NCBI GenBank assembly: GCA_964555575.1
Contig: CAZKTH010000001.1
Coordinates: 1-53,711, forward strand
Direction of reading: 5' to 3'
Length of the DNA stretch: 53,711 nt
Source of the DNA: an uncultured Devosiaceae bacterium
Lineage (GTDB): Bacteria > Pseudomonadota > Alphaproteobacteria > Rhizobiales > Devosiaceae
Shown here: positions 26,654-35,503 of the stretch, one piece after another
Layout: each line of letters begins with the position of its first letter
Position numbering within the stretch: position 1 is the stretch's first letter
The notes under the pieces: model-generated
Told to the model about the DNA's origin: nothing
Database searches by the model: none
Seen by the model: only the letters and a program-made list of their open reading frames with translations
Program-made: the position numbers and the translations under genes

Positions 26654-28954
26654 ATGCCTGACAATCGCTACACGAGCGCTCACTGGGGCAGCTACCGGTT
26701 CCAGGGCGCCGGCAGCGACCTGCGACTGGTCCCGCTCGCCGACGATCCGGCGCCATCGGTCATCGGCGCGGGCTGGCTCGCGGCGGCGCGCGATACCAAC
26801 GCACGCATCCTCGCGCCCGTGGTCCGAAAGGGCTGGCTCGAGAACCGCGACAGGCAAAGATCGGGTGACGACGGTTTTGTGGAGGTGAGCTGGGACGAAG
26901 CGCTCGACCTGGCGGCCGGGGAACTGGATCGTGTTCGCCGCGAACGGGGAAACGCCGCCATCTTCGGCGGCTCCTATGGCTGGGCGAGCGCGGGGCGGTT
27001 CCACCATGCCCAGTCGCAGCTGCACCGGTTCCTGAACACCATCGGCGGTTACGTGTCGTCTGCCAACACCTATTCCCACGCCGCTGCCGAAGTGCTTTTC
27101 CCTTATGTGACAGGCCTGTCGAACGAAGAATTCCTGAACCGGATGACAAGCTGGTCCTCGGTTGCCGAGCATTGCCAGCTGCTGGTGAGTTTCGGTGGCC
27201 TTTCGGGCCGGACGGCCCAGATTGCTTCCGGCGGCACGTCCTCGCACGAGGTCGAAGCCTGGCTCGCACGGGCGCGCGCCAACGGCGCGGAATTCGTCAA
27301 TGTCTCGCCGCTGCGATCCGACATGGCGGATGCGCATGAAGCCACGCAACTGGCGATCCGTCCGAACACGGACACAGCGCTGATGCTGGGGCTCGCCCAT
27401 TGTCTTGTCGAGCAGAACCTTTGCGACCGCGCCTTTCTCGAGCGCTACACCAGCGGCTGGCCGCGTTTCGAACGCTACCTGACGGGCGCAGCCGATGGCA
27501 CGCCGAAATCCGCCGAATGGGCGGCATCCATCTGCGACATCGAAGCGGACCGGATTCGCGCTCTGGCGCGCCGGATGGCGACGCGCAAAACCATGATCGC
27601 CATGACCTGGGGCATCCAGCGCGCCGATCACGGCGAACAGCCCCTGTGGATGGGGATCACGCTTGCCGCCATGCTCGGGCAGATCGGCAGACCGGGAACG
27701 GGATTCGGGTTTGGCTATGGGTCCACCGCGCCGATCGGTCGACCGGCAAAGCTGATCGCGCGCCCTTCATTGCCGCAGGGCAGAAATCCGGTCGCCGATT
27801 TCATTCCGGTCGCCCGCATCGCCGACATGCTGCTGTCGCCAGGGGGCACCTACACCTTCGACGGCGAAACGCGGACCTATCCCGATATCCGCCTTGTCTA
27901 TTGGGCAGGTGGAAATCCGTTCCATCACCATCAGGATCTTTTCCGCCTGCAGAAGGCCTGGTCCAGACCGGAAACCATCATCGTCAACGACATCTGGTGG
28001 ACGGCCACCGCGCGCCGCGCCGACATCGTCTTTCCGGCCACCTCCAGCTTCGAGCGTACGGATATCATGATGAGCCGCCGCGATCCGACGCTCATTTTCA
28101 TGGAAAAGCAGCTTGAACCCCTGGGACAGGCCCGCAACGACTTCGATATTTTCCGCGGTCTGGCGCAACGTCTGGGGACGCGCGACGTCTTCACCGATGG
28201 CAGGGATGAAGACCAATGGCTCCGTCATCTGTGGGACCGGGCCGGCGAACGCTCGCGACAGCATGGCGTTGTGCTCCCCGACTTCGACGCCTTCCGGGCA
28301 ATGGGGCGCTTCGACACCCCGGACGCAAACGAGGAGCGCATCCTGTTCGATGCCTTCGTCGCCGACCCGGGCGGCAATCCGCTTCAAACCCCGAGTGGCA
28401 GGATCGAAATCTACAGCGAGACGATCGCCGGCTTCGGTCTTTGCGACTGTCCCGGTCATCCGACCTGGATCGCGCCGGCCGAATGGCTGGGGCAGAAAGG
28501 CGGCGGTGCATTCCCGCTGCATCTGATTTCCAACCAGCCGCTCACCCGTCTGCACGGGCAGCTCGACAACGGACCCGTATCAGGGGCCGCCAAGATCGCC
28601 GGACGCGAGCCGGTTCGCATTCACCCGCAGACGGCCCGGCAGGCCGGCATCGAGGAGAACGACATCGTGCTGCTGTCGAGCCCGCGCGGTCGGTGTCTGG
28701 CCGCGGCAACGCTGACCGACGGCATTCGGCCCGATACGGTGGCGCTGGCAACAGGCGCCTGGTTCGATCCGCAAATCCTTGATGGCCAGGAGACGGAGGT
28801 GCACGGCAACCCCAACGCCCTGACCCTCGACAAAGGCTGTTCGGGACTGTCGCAGGGCAATATCGCGCACACCACGATGGTCGCCATCGAAAAGTGGAAT
28901 GGCCCCCTTCCCGGGATCTCCGTGCACAGCCAGCCCAGGATCGAGCAAAGGTGA
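26654..28954 (+). CDS. Molybdopterin (bis-MGD) oxidoreductase of the DMSO-reductase family, cytoplasmic BisC/TorZ-like S-/N-oxide reductase
   Basis: 766 aa with no Tat signal. The N-terminus SAHWGSYRF...VVRKGWLE, and GGSYGWASAGRFHHAQSQLHRFLN, are typical of biotin-sulfoxide/TMAO reductase relatives. AGGAGAG RBS. Confidence 0.85.
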   Translation: MPDNRYTSAHWGSYRFQGAGSDLRLVPLADDPAPSVIGAGWLAAARDTNARILAPVVRKGWLENRDRQRSGDDGFVEVSWDEALDLAAGELDRVRRERGNAAIFGGSYGWASAGRFHHAQSQLHRFLNTIGGYVSSANTYSHAAAEVLFPYVTGLSNEEFLNRMTSWSSVAEHCQLLVSFGGLSGRTAQIASGGTSSHEVEAWLARARANGAEFVNVSPLRSDMADAHEATQLAIRPNTDTALMLGLAHCLVEQNLCDRAFLERYTSGWPRFERYLTGAADGTPKSAEWAASICDIEADRIRALARRMATRKTMIAMTWGIQRADHGEQPLWMGITLAAMLGQIGRPGTGFGFGYGSTAPIGRPAKLIARPSLPQGRNPVADFIPVARIADMLLSPGGTYTFDGETRTYPDIRLVYWAGGNPFHHHQDLFRLQKAWSRPETIIVNDIWWTATARRADIVFPATSSFERTDIMMSRRDPTLIFMEKQLEPLGQARNDFDIFRGLAQRLGTRDVFTDGRDEDQWLRHLWDRAGERSRQHGVVLPDFDAFRAMGRFDTPDANEERILFDAFVADPGGNPLQTPSGRIEIYSETIAGFGLCDCPGHPTWIAPAEWLGQKGGGAFPLHLISNQPLTRLHGQLDNGPVSGAAKIAGREPVRIHPQTARQAGIEENDIVLLSSPRGRCLAAATLTDGIRPDTVALATGAWFDPQILDGQETEVHGNPNALTLDKGCSGLSQGNIAHTTMVAIEKWNGPLPGISVHSQPRIEQR

Positions 28955-28974
28955 CACGCAAGTATCCGTTTTGG

Positions 28975-29131
28975 TCAAGCTTGCTTAGGTGACCACATTC
29001 TGTTGTCGCGGATCAGGGCGCTTGCGAGCTCGATGAGTTTTCGCATGACGGCAGTGATTGCGAGCTTTGCCGGTTTTCCTGAGCTTCGCATGGCGTTGTC
29101 CGGATTGAAGCGGATGGCGACCGGCGCCCGC
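28975..29131 (-). mobile_element. 3'-terminal remnant of an IS110-family transposase gene
   Basis: The minus frame reads ...KMRAPVAIRFNPDNAMRSSGKPAKLAITAVMRKLIELASALIRDNRMWSPKQA*. This matches the conserved IS110-family C-terminus pattern (RFNP...GKPAKVAL.AVMRKLL...). No upstream catalytic region or IS ends are present. Confidence 0.55.
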
Positions 29132-29160
29132 ATCTTCAAATGAAGCAAAAAAGGCTCCTA

Positions 29161-29259
29161 GAGCATCGTGCGCAAAAGTGGGTCCCGGTTTTGCGCAAAA
29201 ACGATGCGACAACAAGAACATAGAGCGACGAAGCGATTCAACTTGAAGGCGCGCCGCTC
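29161..29259 (+). repeat. Intergenic hairpin repeat, module B (copy 2)
   Basis: 99 nt. Hand alignment to 42079-42178 gives 6 mismatches and a 1-nt gap. There are two hairpins: GCATCG..GCGCAAAA/TTTTGCGC..CGATGC and GAGCGACG.../...CGCCGCTC. Confidence 0.9.
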
Positions 29260-29500
29260 CATGTCCGGACGCCCGACGCAAGCTTCACCGTGCCGGCCTT
29301 CAAGGTCACCGTTTCCGATACCACCAGATGTGGCGACAGCTGTTGTGGCGGGTTTGTCGCCGGACTATCCATGGGCTACGATTTGGAGAAAGCATGCCGG
29401 CTCGGCACAGCCGTTTCGGCGCTGGTGGCAACGGGATCGGGATCCGACGCCGGCGTCGAGAATCTCGAGCACACACTTCAATTCATGGCGGACACGTCAT
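29260..29500 (+). pseudogene. 5'-truncated PfkB-family sugar kinase remnant (C-terminal ATP-binding region only)
   Basis: The frame of 29290 reads ...FTVPAFKVTVSDTTRCGDSCCGGFVAGLSMGYDLEKACRLGTAVSALVATGSGSDAG.... This fits the PfkB C-terminal signature (DTTGAGD..GGF..G) with the glycines degraded. The homology begins exactly where repeat copy B2 ends. Confidence 0.5.
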
Positions 29501-29581
29501 GGCGGACACGAAAATCCTTTGAAGAAGCCCTCGCGAACGGAAGCCGAAAGGATCGAGCGCAACAGCGCGCAGAAGAACGAC

Positions 29582-30520
29582 ATGCTGCTCGCGCATGTGG
29601 CCATCCTTTACTACAAGGACGGGCTGACGCAGAGCGAGATCGCCAAACGTCTCGGCGTCTCCCGCGCGACGGTGGTGAATTACCTGCGTTCGGCGCGCGA
29701 GCAGAACATCGTCGATATCCGTATATCCGGTTCGTCCTTTGTTGGGTCGCGACTGTCCAGGGACCTCAAGGAACGCTTTGGGCTCGAGGACGTCTATATC
29801 GCGATTGTGTTTCCGGGCACCGCGCTCAGCCTGGCGAAGCAGGCGGCGGAAATCCGTCGTCAGGTCGCGCGGGTCGGCGCCATGGCGCTTTGCGACCTGG
29901 TGCAGGCCGGCAACGTGCTGGGGGTTGCCTGGGGCGAGACCATCCGGCGTCTATCGGAGGAACTTCCAAGGAGCTCGGTACGCAATCTGACGGTGTGCCA
30001 GTTGATCGGCTCGATGAAGTCCCCCCTGCTTTCGGCGGCGGAAACCTGCGCGATCCGCATCGCCTCGAACCTTGGCGCCGACTGCTACACCCTGCATGCG
30101 CCGGCGGTTCTGACCAGTGCCAAGCTGGCCGAGGAGCGCAAGGTCGAGCCGATCATCCAGACACAGTTGCAGCGTTTGAACACCCTGACCAAAACGCTGT
30201 TTTCGGTGGGCAATTGCGAAACATCGACCCACATCATCCAGGCCGGAATCACCACCCAGAAGGAACTGGACTGGTATCGCTCGCAAGGCGCGGTCGGCGT
30301 CATTTGCGGACGCTTCATCGATGCCTCGGGGCGGCATATCGAGGGCAAGGTCGATGCGCGCATGATCAGCATCACGCCGGCTCAGATGAAGAAGGTCAAA
30401 ACCGGCATCCTGGTCGCATCCGGCACCGAAAAGATCGAGGTGATCAAGGCAGCGCTTGCCGGCGGCTACGCCACCCACCTCATCATCGTTGAGCCGACGG
30501 GCAAACAGCTCCTGAGCTGA
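29582..30520 (+). CDS. SorC/DeoR-type sugar-binding transcriptional regulator
   Basis: LLAHVAILYYKDGLTQSEIAKRLGVSRATVVNYLRSAREQNIVDIRI HTH and a C-terminal sugar-phosphate-binding domain. The start is ATG at 29582, or alternatively TTG at 29519. The N-terminal 138 aa of the 450-aa ORF is read-through of the repeat and kinase stub. Confidence 0.8.
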   Translation: MLLAHVAILYYKDGLTQSEIAKRLGVSRATVVNYLRSAREQNIVDIRISGSSFVGSRLSRDLKERFGLEDVYIAIVFPGTALSLAKQAAEIRRQVARVGAMALCDLVQAGNVLGVAWGETIRRLSEELPRSSVRNLTVCQLIGSMKSPLLSAAETCAIRIASNLGADCYTLHAPAVLTSAKLAEERKVEPIIQTQLQRLNTLTKTLFSVGNCETSTHIIQAGITTQKELDWYRSQGAVGVICGRFIDASGRHIEGKVDARMISITPAQMKKVKTGILVASGTEKIEVIKAALAGGYATHLIIVEPTGKQLLS

Positions 30521-30881
30521 GTCCGCGTGCCGAAGGCGATCGATTATTCCCCGTCCGCGCCCTCCTGCCTGGCATAAAGCGCATCGTCGCGCGCCCGGTC
30601 AGCTTTCGCAACCCTTCGGCGCCGAAACGCGCGCCGGCAAAGCGGCACGGGCCTCAGCATCCGCCCGGTCGTCCGCGAGGACCCTGTAGGTGACGGTGAA
30701 CCTGTCCATGTTCCTTTCTTCCTCGCCGGTGGTGCAGCGCGGTGGCGGAAAAGGACGCCTCGGCAAGTCACTACTGCCTTTTGTCACCTCGGGCGTGTGG
30801 CGGTTTGACCGGATTGCCGGCGATTGTCCGTCGAGCCCAGGACGGATAGCCTGACGATTCATTTTCAGGAGATCTGCGGGA

Positions 30882-32675
30882 ATGGAGTCCGCATCCGAAA
30901 CGCCACGTCAGAGGGTTCGCAGTCTTTTCGGCGCCGCGCGCCGTCGCGGCGAGTTTCTGGTCGGCGCCGCGATCGGGGCGGGCATTCTTGGACAGGCGGC
31001 CGAAAAGGGCGGGGCGGATTTCGTGTTGGCGCTCGGTGCCGGCCGTTTTCGCATCATGGGTGCCGCCTCGGTGGCGTGCATGCTGCCAATCCGCGACAGC
31101 AACCAGTTCGTCACCCAGTTCGCTTCGTCGGAAATGCTGAGTCAGATCTCGATCCCGGTCTATTTCGGAGCCTCGACGCTCGACCCCGGACTGTCGGTCG
31201 AGACGCTGGCCGACGAAATCGCCGATCTCGGATTTGCCGGGGTCGTGAACTTTCCGACCGTCGGGCATTATCCGGCCCGGATGCGTGCCGCCCTCGATGC
31301 CGCCGGCATCGGCTTTTCCAAGGAACTGTCGCTGTTTTCCGCCGCTCACGATCGCGGCCTCAGCACGCTCGCCTATGTGCGTACCGGCGAACAGGCGCGG
31401 GCGGCAGCGGCGTGCGGGGTCGATATCGTCTGCTTCAATTTCGGCTGGAACGCCGGAGGCGTCCAGGGACTGGTCAGCGAGATCGGCATCGAGGAAGCGG
31501 CCGTGCAGTCGCGCGAGATATCGCGGATCGTCGCCCGCGAAAATCCGGACAGCTTCTTCGTTCTCGAGGGCGGACCGATCGAGGATCCGGATCAAGTGGC
31601 GGCGATCTGCCGGGTCGCGCATATTCATGGCTATGTCGGCGGTTCGACCATTGACCGGCTGCCGCTGGCCGAATCCGTCGCCAGCCAGACCCTGCGCTTC
31701 AAGTCGGCGGCAGTTCTGGCCCGCGTGCTCTCCAACGAGGAAAGCGCCCTGATCTCTTTCGGTCATCGCATCGGGCTGGCCGGCAGATCCGAGGCCATGA
31801 TCCGGGTCTACGAGACCATCGAGCGGTTCAGCGACTCGAACGAGTCGATGCTCGTGGCCGGTGCCCCTGGCAGCGGACGCCAGACCACCGTCGAGGCACT
31901 CCACACCCTGTCGGGCGGCAACCCGCAGCAGCTCGCCGTGGTCCACGCCGCCGAGACCTCGGGCCAGCAGGTCATGATCACCCTGTTCGGGCGCAGGGCC
32001 GTGGAGGGTGGCGGTTTTCTGACGGGCCTTGCCGGACGCGACGACATCGCGACCATCGTCGTTCGGGGGATCGAGCACATTCCCACCAAGATGCAGGCCC
32101 GCATCGCCGTCTACATGGAACGGGGCCGGTTCACCCCGATCGGCGGACGACGCTCGGTGCAGTGGGGCAAGCGGCTTCTGTTCATCGCCGACGCGCCGCT
32201 CGCAACGCTGCTCGCCGAGGGCCGCATCGACCCGGGTCTGGCCCAGCAGATCGAGGGATACGAGATCGTCCTGCCCGCACTCAGCGACCGGGCCGAGGAC
32301 ATCGAGGAACTGATCAATGACGCCGTCTCCCGCCTGATCGAAAAGGAATCCGGGCAGCGGCCGGTGCTGTCGCCACTCGCCATGCGGCGGCTCAGGCGCC
32401 ACGACTGGCCGGGCAACCTGCCGGAGCTCAGGGCTTTCGCTGCCAGGCTGGTGTCGCACCATGCCGGCAGTCGCGTCGATGAAGAGGCGGTGGAAAGCCT
32501 GCTGTCCGGCGAGACCGACCGCGGTCGTCGTCGCGTCGCTTCCGAGCGCGACATGGTGCTCGATGCCCTGTGGCGCCACGGCTTCCACCGCGGCCACACC
32601 GCAGCCTTTCTCGGCATTTCGCGCAAGACGCTCTACAACAAGATCCAGCGCTACCATCTCACCCGGCAGCGTTGA
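30882..32675 (+). CDS. bEBP-like transcriptional regulator: N-terminal PEP-hydrolase-like TIM-barrel domain, degenerate sigma54-interaction AAA+ module, and Fis-type HTH
   Basis: Residues about 25-270 resemble the protein encoded at 39559 (GFAGVVNFPTVGHYPARMRAALDAAGIGF). Residues about 300-530 are colinear with the NtrC-type AAA+ module (WPGNLPELRAF) but carry altered Walker A, Walker B and GAFTGA motifs. The C-terminus is AAFLGISRKTLYNKIQRY. Confidence 0.8.
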   Translation: MESASETPRQRVRSLFGAARRRGEFLVGAAIGAGILGQAAEKGGADFVLALGAGRFRIMGAASVACMLPIRDSNQFVTQFASSEMLSQISIPVYFGASTLDPGLSVETLADEIADLGFAGVVNFPTVGHYPARMRAALDAAGIGFSKELSLFSAAHDRGLSTLAYVRTGEQARAAAACGVDIVCFNFGWNAGGVQGLVSEIGIEEAAVQSREISRIVARENPDSFFVLEGGPIEDPDQVAAICRVAHIHGYVGGSTIDRLPLAESVASQTLRFKSAAVLARVLSNEESALISFGHRIGLAGRSEAMIRVYETIERFSDSNESMLVAGAPGSGRQTTVEALHTLSGGNPQQLAVVHAAETSGQQVMITLFGRRAVEGGGFLTGLAGRDDIATIVVRGIEHIPTKMQARIAVYMERGRFTPIGGRRSVQWGKRLLFIADAPLATLLAEGRIDPGLAQQIEGYEIVLPALSDRAEDIEELINDAVSRLIEKESGQRPVLSPLAMRRLRRHDWPGNLPELRAFAARLVSHHAGSRVDEEAVESLLSGETDRGRRRVASERDMVLDALWRHGFHRGHTAAFLGISRKTLYNKIQRYHLTRQR

Positions 32676-32695
32676 GCTTCCCAAGGGTGCGGGTG

Positions 32696-33382
32696 TCAGT
32701 CGAGCAGGACGCCGTCGGCGCCGGCCTCATGCGCCTGCGCGGCGGACAGGCCCAGACGGCCGCCGAACAGGACAATCGGAATTTCCAGTCCCGCCCGTTC
32801 CTCCAGGTCCGCCACCTGGCGGCAGAAGCCCAGCAACCCTTTCGAATCGAAGCTGCCTTCGTTCCACAGATCGAAACTCGGTACGATGAAAAGATAGGAC
32901 GGCTCGAGCGCGAACGCGGGAACGACGTCGTCGACATGGGCGACGGCAACAGAAATGGCAAAACCGAGATCCGCGAACCGCTTGAGCACCTGCCGCTCGC
33001 GTATCGGCCCGACATTGAGGTCATTGAGGATCGATCGGAAGCTGGAGCCGTACTGGGCGGCGTTCGGCAGGTTCACAAGGTTCCGGTAACCCTTGTCCGC
33101 CAGACGCTCGGCAAGCTGGTCGACCCGCAGAAACGGATCGGCGGCAAGGATGCCGATGATCGGATGCTCGCCGGGCGGGCAGTAGGGCATGGCCTCGAGC
33201 TCCAGCAACAGATCGTTGTTGTGATCCCGATTCGGCATCAGGCCCGACAGTTCGATCGGCAGGTCCGGGACGCGCCGGATGGGCGGCAGGACGATGTCGC
33301 CGCTGCGCGCAACGCTCGGCGTGACGTGACCCGCCCCCATCACGATACGATTCCAGGCTGAAGGATTCTGCAAATTCACCAC
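32696..33382 (-). CDS. Short, divergent PEP-hydrolase-like TIM-barrel paralog (228 aa)
   Basis: IVMGAGHV..., PIIGILAADPFLRVDQLAERLADKGYRNLVNLPNAAQYGSSFRSILNDLNVGPIRERQV aligns by eye with the 39559 product and the regulator N-domain. Third-position GC is high. GTG start at 33382, with an alternative ATG 14 codons in. Confidence 0.6.
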   Translation of the reverse strand: MVNLQNPSAWNRIVMGAGHVTPSVARSGDIVLPPIRRVPDLPIELSGLMPNRDHNNDLLLELEAMPYCPPGEHPIIGILAADPFLRVDQLAERLADKGYRNLVNLPNAAQYGSSFRSILNDLNVGPIRERQVLKRFADLGFAISVAVAHVDDVVPAFALEPSYLFIVPSFDLWNEGSFDSKGLLGFCRQVADLEERAGLEIPIVLFGGRLGLSAAQAHEAGADGVLLD

Positions 33383-33591
33383 GGCAATTACCCGATTTTA
33401 CCCAACTGTCATTCCAATCCCGCTTGGCGGTCCTGTCAAGCAGGCATACAGTCTCCGGCGTAGACAGGGAGGCAGGAGAAGCGGAACGACGGCCCGGAAA
33501 CAAAGAATCCGGCCCGTTTCCAGCAACTCTTTCCAACAGACAACAACGAACCGCACGTGAAAGGCGCCCGCTTCGTCGGGGCGGCGACTGC

Positions 33592-34455
33592 ATGGATTCG
33601 CGCTACGTCATACTTGTGCTCAATGGCCTTACGCAGGGGGCGTTGTTCTTCGTCCTCGGCAGCGGACTGACATTGGCCTTCGGGCTCATGCGCATCGTCA
33701 ATATGAGCCATGGCGCCTTCTATCTCCTCGGGGGCTATCTGGGCCTTGCGACCCTGAGGGTCACGGGGAGTTGGGTTCTGGCGCTGGCGGCCGCCGGCCT
33801 TTCCATCGCCGTGCTCGGCTTTGCGATCGAACGCGGCATGCTGGCACGGGTCCGCGAAGGCGGGGATCTGTCCCAGACCCTTTTGACGATTGCGATCTCG
33901 ATGATCATTGCCGACCTCGCCCTTGCCATGTGGGGCGGACATCCGCTGTCGATCACGTCGCCCGCGGCCATCAGCAGGCCGGTCACGCTGTTCGGACTGA
34001 CCTATCCCGGCTTCCGCTATGTGCTGATGGCCATCAGCGTCGTGATCGCCTTTGTGCTGTGGTTCATCCTGTTCCGAACCAAATTCGGCATCGCCGTGCG
34101 CGCCAGTGTCGATGATCGCGAGACGGTCAGCGCGCTTGGCGTGCGCATCGACGTGATCTATTCGCTGATGTTCATGCTGTCGGCCTTTCTCGGCGGCGTC
34201 GCGGGCGTGCTCGGCGGCACCTATCTCCAACTCAGTCCGGGCGAGGACACGACCATCCTCACCTATTCGCTGGTTGTGGTCATCGTCGGCGGCCTTGGCA
34301 GCCTGACCGGCGCCATCGTCAGTTCGCTGATCCTCGGGCAGATCCTGTCCTTCAGCCTGGCTTTCGCGCCGCAATTGTCGATGTTCCTGGTCTTCGTGCC
34401 CATGGCCCTGGTGCTCGCGCTCCGCCCCGAAGGTCTTTTCGGGAGGCGGCTGTGA
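33592..34455 (+). CDS. Branched-chain-amino-acid-type (HAAT family) ABC permease, LivH-like
   Basis: MDSRYVILVLNGLTQGALFFVLGSGLTLAFGLMRIVNMSHGAFYLLGGY is the classic LivH N-terminus. Confidence 0.9.
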   Translation: MDSRYVILVLNGLTQGALFFVLGSGLTLAFGLMRIVNMSHGAFYLLGGYLGLATLRVTGSWVLALAAAGLSIAVLGFAIERGMLARVREGGDLSQTLLTIAISMIIADLALAMWGGHPLSITSPAAISRPVTLFGLTYPGFRYVLMAISVVIAFVLWFILFRTKFGIAVRASVDDRETVSALGVRIDVIYSLMFMLSAFLGGVAGVLGGTYLQLSPGEDTTILTYSLVVVIVGGLGSLTGAIVSSLILGQILSFSLAFAPQLSMFLVFVPMALVLALRPEGLFGRRL

Positions 34456-35498
34456 TGGCCAACCTGCTCGAGAGCCTCGGCAAGACCCGGCTGGCGGTCT
34501 CGGCCGTCATCATTCTGGCGCTGGTGGCGCTTCCCGCCTATGGCGACCAGTACACGCTGACGACCTTCATCCGCATCGGCTATTTTGGCTTCCTCGCCCT
34601 GAGCGTCGGCCTGCTGCTGGGCCAGGGCGGCATGATCAGCCTCACCCAGACCGCCTTTTTCGGCATGAGCGGCTACGCCATCGGACTGCTCGGCACCGAA
34701 CGGGGCATACCGTTCCCCATTCCCGAACTGACGGGCCTGGTTCTGGTCGCCGCGGCCGCCTTCCTGTTCGGCCTGGTGGTCATGCGCACGCACGGGATCG
34801 TCTTTCTCATGCTGACGCTGGCGCTCGGACAGATCTGCTGGTCCTTCGCGCGCCAGAACACCAGCCTTCTGCACGGCTGGGCCGGCATCAGGGACATCCA
34901 TCCGCCGCAACTGTTCGGAATCGATCTGACCCAGAACGCCAATTTCTACTGGATGACGCTGATCCTGTTCGGCCTGGCACTTTTGTTCCTGTGGCGATTG
35001 ATCGAATCGCCCTTCGGCCTGGCGCTGAACGGGATCCGCGAAAGCCCCCGCCGCATGAGCGCCCTCGGCTACCCGGTATTCTGGCTGCGCGTGACGATCT
35101 TCGTCATCGCCGCCGTGCTGGCCGGCGTCGGCGGCATACTGGCGGCCTGGTCATCCGGGATCGTTACCCCGACCGCACTTCAGCTGAGCCGGACGATCTG
35201 GATCCTGCTGATCGTCATCCTGGGCGGCGCCCAGTATTTCTGGGGCCCGGTTCTGGGAGCGGTCATCGCGGTCTGGCTCGATGTCATCATCAGCCAGATG
35301 ACCCCCCGCTACAACACCGTGGTCGGCCTGATCTTCGTCATCGTCATCATGCTTGCCCCGACCGGCATTCTCGGGGTGTGGCACAAAATCAAGGCCAGAC
35401 GACAGGCCCGCCGCGAAGCGCTGGCCACATCCGCACAACCCAACCACAGGAAGGCGCCATCGGCCGAGCCGCATGGGACAGCCAAGGAGGAGGAGTGA
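34452..35498 (+). CDS. HAAT-family ABC permease, LivM-like
   Basis: Multi-TM protein with GQGGMISLTQTAFFGMSGY. The start overlaps the livH-like stop. It has a basic C-terminal tail. Confidence 0.85.
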   Translation: MMANLLESLGKTRLAVSAVIILALVALPAYGDQYTLTTFIRIGYFGFLALSVGLLLGQGGMISLTQTAFFGMSGYAIGLLGTERGIPFPIPELTGLVLVAAAAFLFGLVVMRTHGIVFLMLTLALGQICWSFARQNTSLLHGWAGIRDIHPPQLFGIDLTQNANFYWMTLILFGLALLFLWRLIESPFGLALNGIRESPRRMSALGYPVFWLRVTIFVIAAVLAGVGGILAAWSSGIVTPTALQLSRTIWILLIVILGGAQYFWGPVLGAVIAVWLDVIISQMTPRYNTVVGLIFVIVIMLAPTGILGVWHKIKARRQARREALATSAQPNHRKAPSAEPHGTAKEEE

Positions 35499-35503
35499 AG
35501 ACC

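Noticed and set aside
30599-30709. 36-codon minus-strand ORF MDRFTVTYRVLADDRADAEARAALPARVSAPKGCES with a good GAGGAAGAAAGGA RBS. Its first 23 or so residues resemble the N-terminus of RuBisCO-like proteins (..ATYR....ea.a.A...).
   Set aside because: The similarity covers about 20 residues and is then lost, and no continuation exists in any frame. It could be a gene stub or a small protein, but the evidence is insufficient.
33510-33525. Possible sigma54 -24/-12 promoter CGGCCCG-TTTC-CAGCA, 67 nt upstream of the livH-like start.
   Set aside because: It keeps the GG-N10-GC spacing but mismatches the consensus TGGCACG-N4-TTGCA at several conserved positions. The adjacent regulator has a degenerate GAFTGA loop. 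It is too weak to call without a scoring matrix.
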